A DNA stretch of 55,645 nucleotides, counting the filler, from Circinaria calcarea (taxonomy: Eukaryota): assembly GCA_051942165.1 (NCBI GenBank). It is 5 parts of 5 records of this genome, joined end to end, with 100 filler letters (N's around TTAATTAATTAA, not from the genome) between each part and the next. Parts side by side here need not be neighbours in the genome. Positions count along the whole stretch, not along the records: positions 44,605 to 55,645 come from JAVECS010000723.1; 4 more parts are not named here. One strand, given 5' to 3'. The notes under the pieces are model-generated. The model was not told the origin of the DNA and made no database searches. It saw only the letters and a program-made list of their open reading frames with translations. Shown here piece after piece: positions 50,832 through 55,645 of this stretch. Position 1 is the stretch's first letter, and every line of letters starts with the position of its first letter. Both the position numbers and the translations under genes were made by a program.

Positions 50832-51397
50832 GTGGTCTTCGGCCGGGGTATGTCCTCAGAGCTGCATCCTCTAACTTATTTTATCATGAGCTGAGACTCA
50901 TCTCGCAAGCTAGGAGAGTCAGAAGACGCCCATAGCCAAGTTTAAAACCAAGACGGACAGCCCGACCACAAGTCTAGCTTCGGGCATAAGCTTCTTGCTG
51001 GGGGAGCTTCATTTGCCGCCTTTAGGGCCTTTGAAAACCATCGACGCGCCGAGAATATGCAATGAGAACACCGGCTCTTACCATCTTTACTTGGATACTG
51101 ATTTCCGGTTGTCAAGGCAAGCCCGTCAGTCACGGGTTCGCCAAAGAGCTCCTGGCTGGCTTCGCCGGAGCCGAAGTCGACAAGCTCGCCGAGACCGCGG
51201 GCATGGACGAGGTCGACAATATGCGGGTCAAAGATGGGGCCAAGGAGACCGTCGTGAAGCTGTACGATGAGCATTACATCAACAACAAGGGGGCGGACCA
51301 GTACGACTCCAGCCTGTACGATCCCCCGAGCCAGCTCCGATACGGTGAGAACCACTACTGGAGATGGAGCGTGGCAGCGCGGCAGCCTTCGGGATGA
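50832..51397 (+). pseudogene. cipC: CipC-like (DUF3759) pseudogene
   Basis: HKSSFGHKLLAGGASFAAFRAFENHRR and GKPVSHGFAKELLAGFAGAEVDKLAET.GMD are CipC signatures. The start reads GTG (50832), there is an in-frame TAA at 50943-50945, and the second donor reads ATATGC (51055) instead of GTATGC. Confidence 0.8.
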
Positions 51398-52014
51398 AAC
51401 CGGAGCGGGTGTTGAGGCGATAGCTTGCAGTGTGTGTTTAGCTCACCAGGTCAGAGAGTTCAGGCCCAGAGAGAAGGGGGCCGCATGTATCGAGAGAAGG
51501 TAGCTAAGCACGGGGTGAAGTGAATGAATGATGCATCGATGCCATCCCCGCGTGCCTTTCCAATCAACTGTGACGCTGATGATATCGGTGTCACTGTCCA
51601 TGTAACCAACTCTGAACGGTGCTGGTATCTGATGAAGGTAGATGACGGATGCCAAGTCGCGGTACCTGTTGTTGGTGACTGAAAGGAGCCGACACGTGGT
51701 CGAGTTAAGCCCTGCGGCAGGTACGCTAATAAATCGGCCCCAACCCCGGATTAATTATTAATTCGCAGCGATGCATCATCTGGACCCGCGACGTTGCAAC
51801 TTCCGGCACACGGCGGACCCTTTTAGTCATAGTTTGATAAAGTCTGATACGCGACTTTTCTCGACAGGTCCATTATGCATCTCTGCTCTTCCGACAACCT
51901 CCTTTAGTCCTCCAACGCCCTCGACGGCATCTGTCATCTGGTCCCACTGATCGGCTCTGATCTCGTTTGGCGCAATGCTCTTGACACTCGATTTTTTCAA
52001 TTCCTCGCACCAGC

Positions 52015-55000
52015 ATGAAGTTTGCAAAGTAAGCCCCCCTTTCCCTCCACCCATCAATTGACGGCGGACAAGTGAGACTGATGCCCTCCTAGGGAGCTCG
52101 AGCAAGACCTGGTCCCGGAGTGGCGGGCAAAGTATCTCGATTACAAGGTTGGTGATGCCCCCGGCCGACGCTCAATCGATCGAGCCGTCTGACGGTGTCG
52201 CGGCATGTAGGAAGGCAAGAAGAAGGTCAAGGAGATTGCCAGAGCTCTGCGGCATGTACACTCGACCCCCAAGACTCCTGGCCGTCAACGGCCCGCCAAC
52301 CTCTTCTCCTCCGCATCCTACCAATTGCCCATCCAGAACCGTTCGCCGTTTGACGAAGCCCTCGCCGACGCCCTGTGGGAAAGCCGAGGATCGGATCAGA
52401 ATTCTCTCCGGTTTCCCAAAAGGCCATCTGATCATGGCAAGGCTCACTCGGAGAGTGCGTCGGCTGGAAAGGCGGTTGGTTCCGCTCTGTCTTACTTCGA
52501 TGGGACACCGCAGGAGATCGACTTTGGACGATCGGGTCAACGGGAACACGAGGAGGAGTCGCGCTCATTGTGGGATAGCGGAGCAATGACCAACTATGGA
52601 GCATAATAGCTTCCCCGCCTTCTCGATCCACAAGGTTGGGGCCACCTGCCCTGGAGTTACCTGATCCTGCGCTGTCCCCATCGATAGACTCGTTTCCTCG
52701 TCATAACCGCGCCTGGCGGAACAGTAAGATGGCCAGGAATGTCCCGAATGTTACACCACCAATCAGACGCGCCGAGAATACAGCCGGGGATGCCTATGCG
52801 GTTGGCCGAACCCACACACCACCGAAGCTGAGTGCCACTCTCTTGTCGAAGCATCGCAACCTATTTAAGCCGAGGAGGGCCATTTCGACTCCGGAAGGAG
52901 GCTCGCTTCCACACCGATCTCCCTTTCTGACACGGATGTTTTCGAATAGCGGACATGGATCCCCCAAAAGTCCTGACGTTCATCTCGAAGCATACAAAGA
53001 GCTCGATGCCCGGCAAGCACAGTTCTTCAACTTCCTAGACGCGGAACTGAACAAGATCGAGTCATTCTACAAAATGAAGGAAGTCGAGGCCACCGAACGC
53101 CTGAAGCTCTTGCGAGAACAGTTGCATGAAATGCGTGATCGGAGATTAGACGAACTTCTGGCGGCTCAAAATGCAAAGGCACTCGCTCGGCGGGAGCAGC
53201 AACGCCTAGCTGCCGCCGATCTTCCAAACGGTTCGATTGGGGATGAGGACGTCAACGGGAAGTCAAATCCTTTGGCTCAGAAATGGATCAAGCCATTAGA
53301 ACACGCCCTTTCCGCTGGCAAATCTCGTTTCGGCAGGAATACAATGGCACTCGAGCAAACAGCCTCCCCTTTAATTCCGAGTCCTCGAGACATGGCTGGG
53401 CATCATCATACTGATTCCTGGCGAGACTTTACCCGGCGTCGTCCCCATCACGAAGATGAGGTTCCCTATCGGGTAGCAAAGAAGAAATTGAAGCTTGCAT
53501 TGCAGGAGTTTTACCGTGGCCTTGAACTTCTCAAATCATATGCACTACTAAATAGGACTGCATTTAGGAAAATTAATAAAAAGTACGACAAGGCCGTCAA
53601 AGCAAGACCCACAGGTCGATATACGTCCGAGAAAGTTAACAAGGCATGGTTTGTACAAAGCGAGGTTCTGGATGGTCATATCGTTGCCGCGGAAGATCTA
53701 TACGCTCGGTATTTCGAAAGAGGAAATCACAAGGTAGCGGTAGGAAAGCTTCGAAGCAGGAGCCGTCGAGAGGATCATTATAACGGTACTGTATTTCGCA
53801 ACGGTATCCTACTCGCCGCTGGTACGGTACTGGGGATTCAAGGTTGTGTTTACGGGACGCAACATCTGCGAGACCCAGATCCTGTGGTGCGGGTGAACAC
53901 GAGTTATCTCTTACAGGTATGGCACTACCCTCGAACTTGAGGGCAAGTGCTGATACCTGCATCCTTTACAGATCTATGGTGGTTACTTCCTGTCCTTGTT
54001 TCTGTTCTTGTTATTTTGCTTGGACTGCAGAACGTGGGCGCGTGCCAAGATAAACTATGTTTTCATCTTTGAGTTTGATACCCGACACAATCTAGACTGG
54101 CGGCAACTGTCTGAGGTAAGTGCTGTACTACGTTGATAAGATGAGACTGGCACTGACGTCGACCAAGCTTCCATGCCTTTTCCTGTTCCTTGAAGGCCTT
54201 GCTATATGGCTTAATTTTAGACAGTCCGGATCTGATGCCATGTTCTTGTACTGGCCGGTTGTACTGGTTGGCGTGAGCATCATCATACTGCTTTTCCCAG
54301 GACCTATCCTGTATCACCGCAGTCGTGAATGGTGGGCATATTCGAATGTAAGCAAAGCTGGCTCTTATTGTACGCTTATCTAAGCTAACCTTCTACAGTT
54401 CCGTCTGCTACTGGCAGGCCTTTACCCGGTTGAATTTCGAGACTTTTTCCTTGGCGATATGTATTGTTCGCTGACATATGCAATGGGAGTGGGTCACCTA
54501 TCCGTGATTAAATATAATTGGAAATACGAGAGCTTACCATGGAATAGAACCTTTCGTTGTTCTTTTGTCTCTATGCCCAGGGCTGGAATGATCTAAGCCA
54601 ATGTAATTCGACGCACTCCAGGCTGCTTGGTTTCTTCTCCGCATTACCCGGTATCTGGCGCGCGCTGCAGTGTTTAAGACGTTACTACGATACCCGAAAC
54701 GCATTCCCCCACCTCGTCAATTGCGGAAAATATTTCGCGACGATACTTTACTACATGAGCCTGAGTCTTTATCGCATTGATCAGATCGGTCAACTAAAAG
54801 CGATGTTTATCTTTTTCGCCACCATTAATTCCATCTACACCTGTGAGTCTTAGCTCTGATATCGGTATCCCTGTACCTACTGATATATAACAGCCGTATG
54901 GGATATTGCCATGGATTGGAGTATGTAACATCCTAAGCGAACGAGCAGAGATCCAAATGGGGCTGACTCTCTAGGTTTATGCAACCCTTACGCCAAGAAC

Positions 55001-55645
55001 CCGTTCCTGCGTGACGTTCTCGGATACAAGCGTCCTTGGGTCTACTACCTCGCCATGATCGTCGACCCTATTCTTCGATTCAATTGGATCTTTTATGCCA
55101 TATTTGCCGAGGAGCTCCAACACTCTGCCGTTCTCAGTTTCCTCGTGGGTTTTACGGAAATCTGCCGAAGAGGCATCTGGACCTTGTTCCGGGTGGAGAA
55201 CGAACATTGTACCAACGTTGGGCGCTTCCGTGCATCGCGAGATGTACCGTTGCCATACGATATCCGATCTCCAATCCGGGCGTCAGTTGAAGAAATCTCC
55301 GATGCTCAGGACCATTTATCATTTCCTGGGCTACCCCGTCATTCCAACACCTGGGGCCCCGAGCCGTCCCACAGCGCCTCGGGTGCAGACCTGGGGAATG
55401 TCTCTCCCGTCGAGGGAGGTCCCGGCCCAGCAACTGGTACATTACGGCGTCGTAGAACACTTGCCGATCAGCCACCGACTCCGGCTCAGAGCAGCATCGC
55501 TCGGGTGGGGACTCTCATGTCTCAAGCTCACGCCGAGGACTTTGAACGGAAGAGACGGCCGGGTACGTTTGCCAAGGAGGATGACGTTTCGGCGATCCAG
55601 GAGAGTCCGGGGAGCAGTGATGAGGACGAGGACGAGGGCGTGGAT
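52015..55645 (+). CDS. SYG1: SPX-EXS domain protein Syg1/XPR1 (phosphate exporter family), multi-exon; 3' truncated
   Basis: MKFAKELEQDLVPEWRAKYLDYK across introns 52029-52092 and 52148-52210. SPX motifs FFNFLDAELNKIESFY and LNRTAFRKINKKYDK. EXS motifs VEFRDFFLGD, QCLRRYYD, RFNW and FRVENEH. Confidence 0.93.

Noticed and set aside
50943..50945. cipC stop codon rescued by A-to-I editing or readthrough
   Set aside because: The start codon and a splice donor are also broken, so ordinary pseudogenisation is simpler.
51693..51698. CACGTG as a Pho4/NUC-1 site upstream of SYG1
   Set aside because: It fits phosphate biology, but a single hexamer is expected by chance and there is no other support.

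Overview
Eukaryotic DNA from a filamentous ascomycete (Pezizomycotina). Introns are mostly short (about 50-90 nt), GT-AG, with CTAAC/CTGAC branch sites. One gene family resembles those of lichen-forming fungi, which is only an inference. The window is not one locus. It is five unrelated contigs of 11058, 11057, 11046, 11043 and 11041 nt in descending size order, joined by 100-nt N44-TTAATTAATTAA-N44 spacers, so gene order across spacers means nothing. Contig 1 holds an Slm1-like BAR-PH gene, threonyl-tRNA synthetase, GAR1, SEC14 and a frameshifted TauD/BBOX-like dioxygenase relic. Contig 2 holds the 5' end of a tandem-CCCH (probably ZNFX1-like) gene, RCM1/NSUN5, about 7 kb of decayed sequence and the 5' end of a small conserved gene. 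Contig 3 looks accessory. It starts with a perfect 17-nt tandem array in telomere-like orientation, followed by a tandem four-Cys Ecp2/KP4-like gene, an HPP-family gene, RIP-like decayed repeats, a PD-(D/E)xK nuclease-fold gene, a Kre1-like GPI protein and an orphan coiled-coil gene. Contig 4 holds CDC24, an FWD-1-like F-box/WD40 gene and a DUF1992 gene. Contig 5 holds calcineurin A (partial), an Mmc1-like gene, a thioesterase-fold protein lacking its catalytic triad, a cipC pseudogene and SYG1/XPR1 (partial). I found no supportable rRNA, tRNA, CRISPR array or intact transposase. All family calls come from reading motifs by eye, and no database searches were run.
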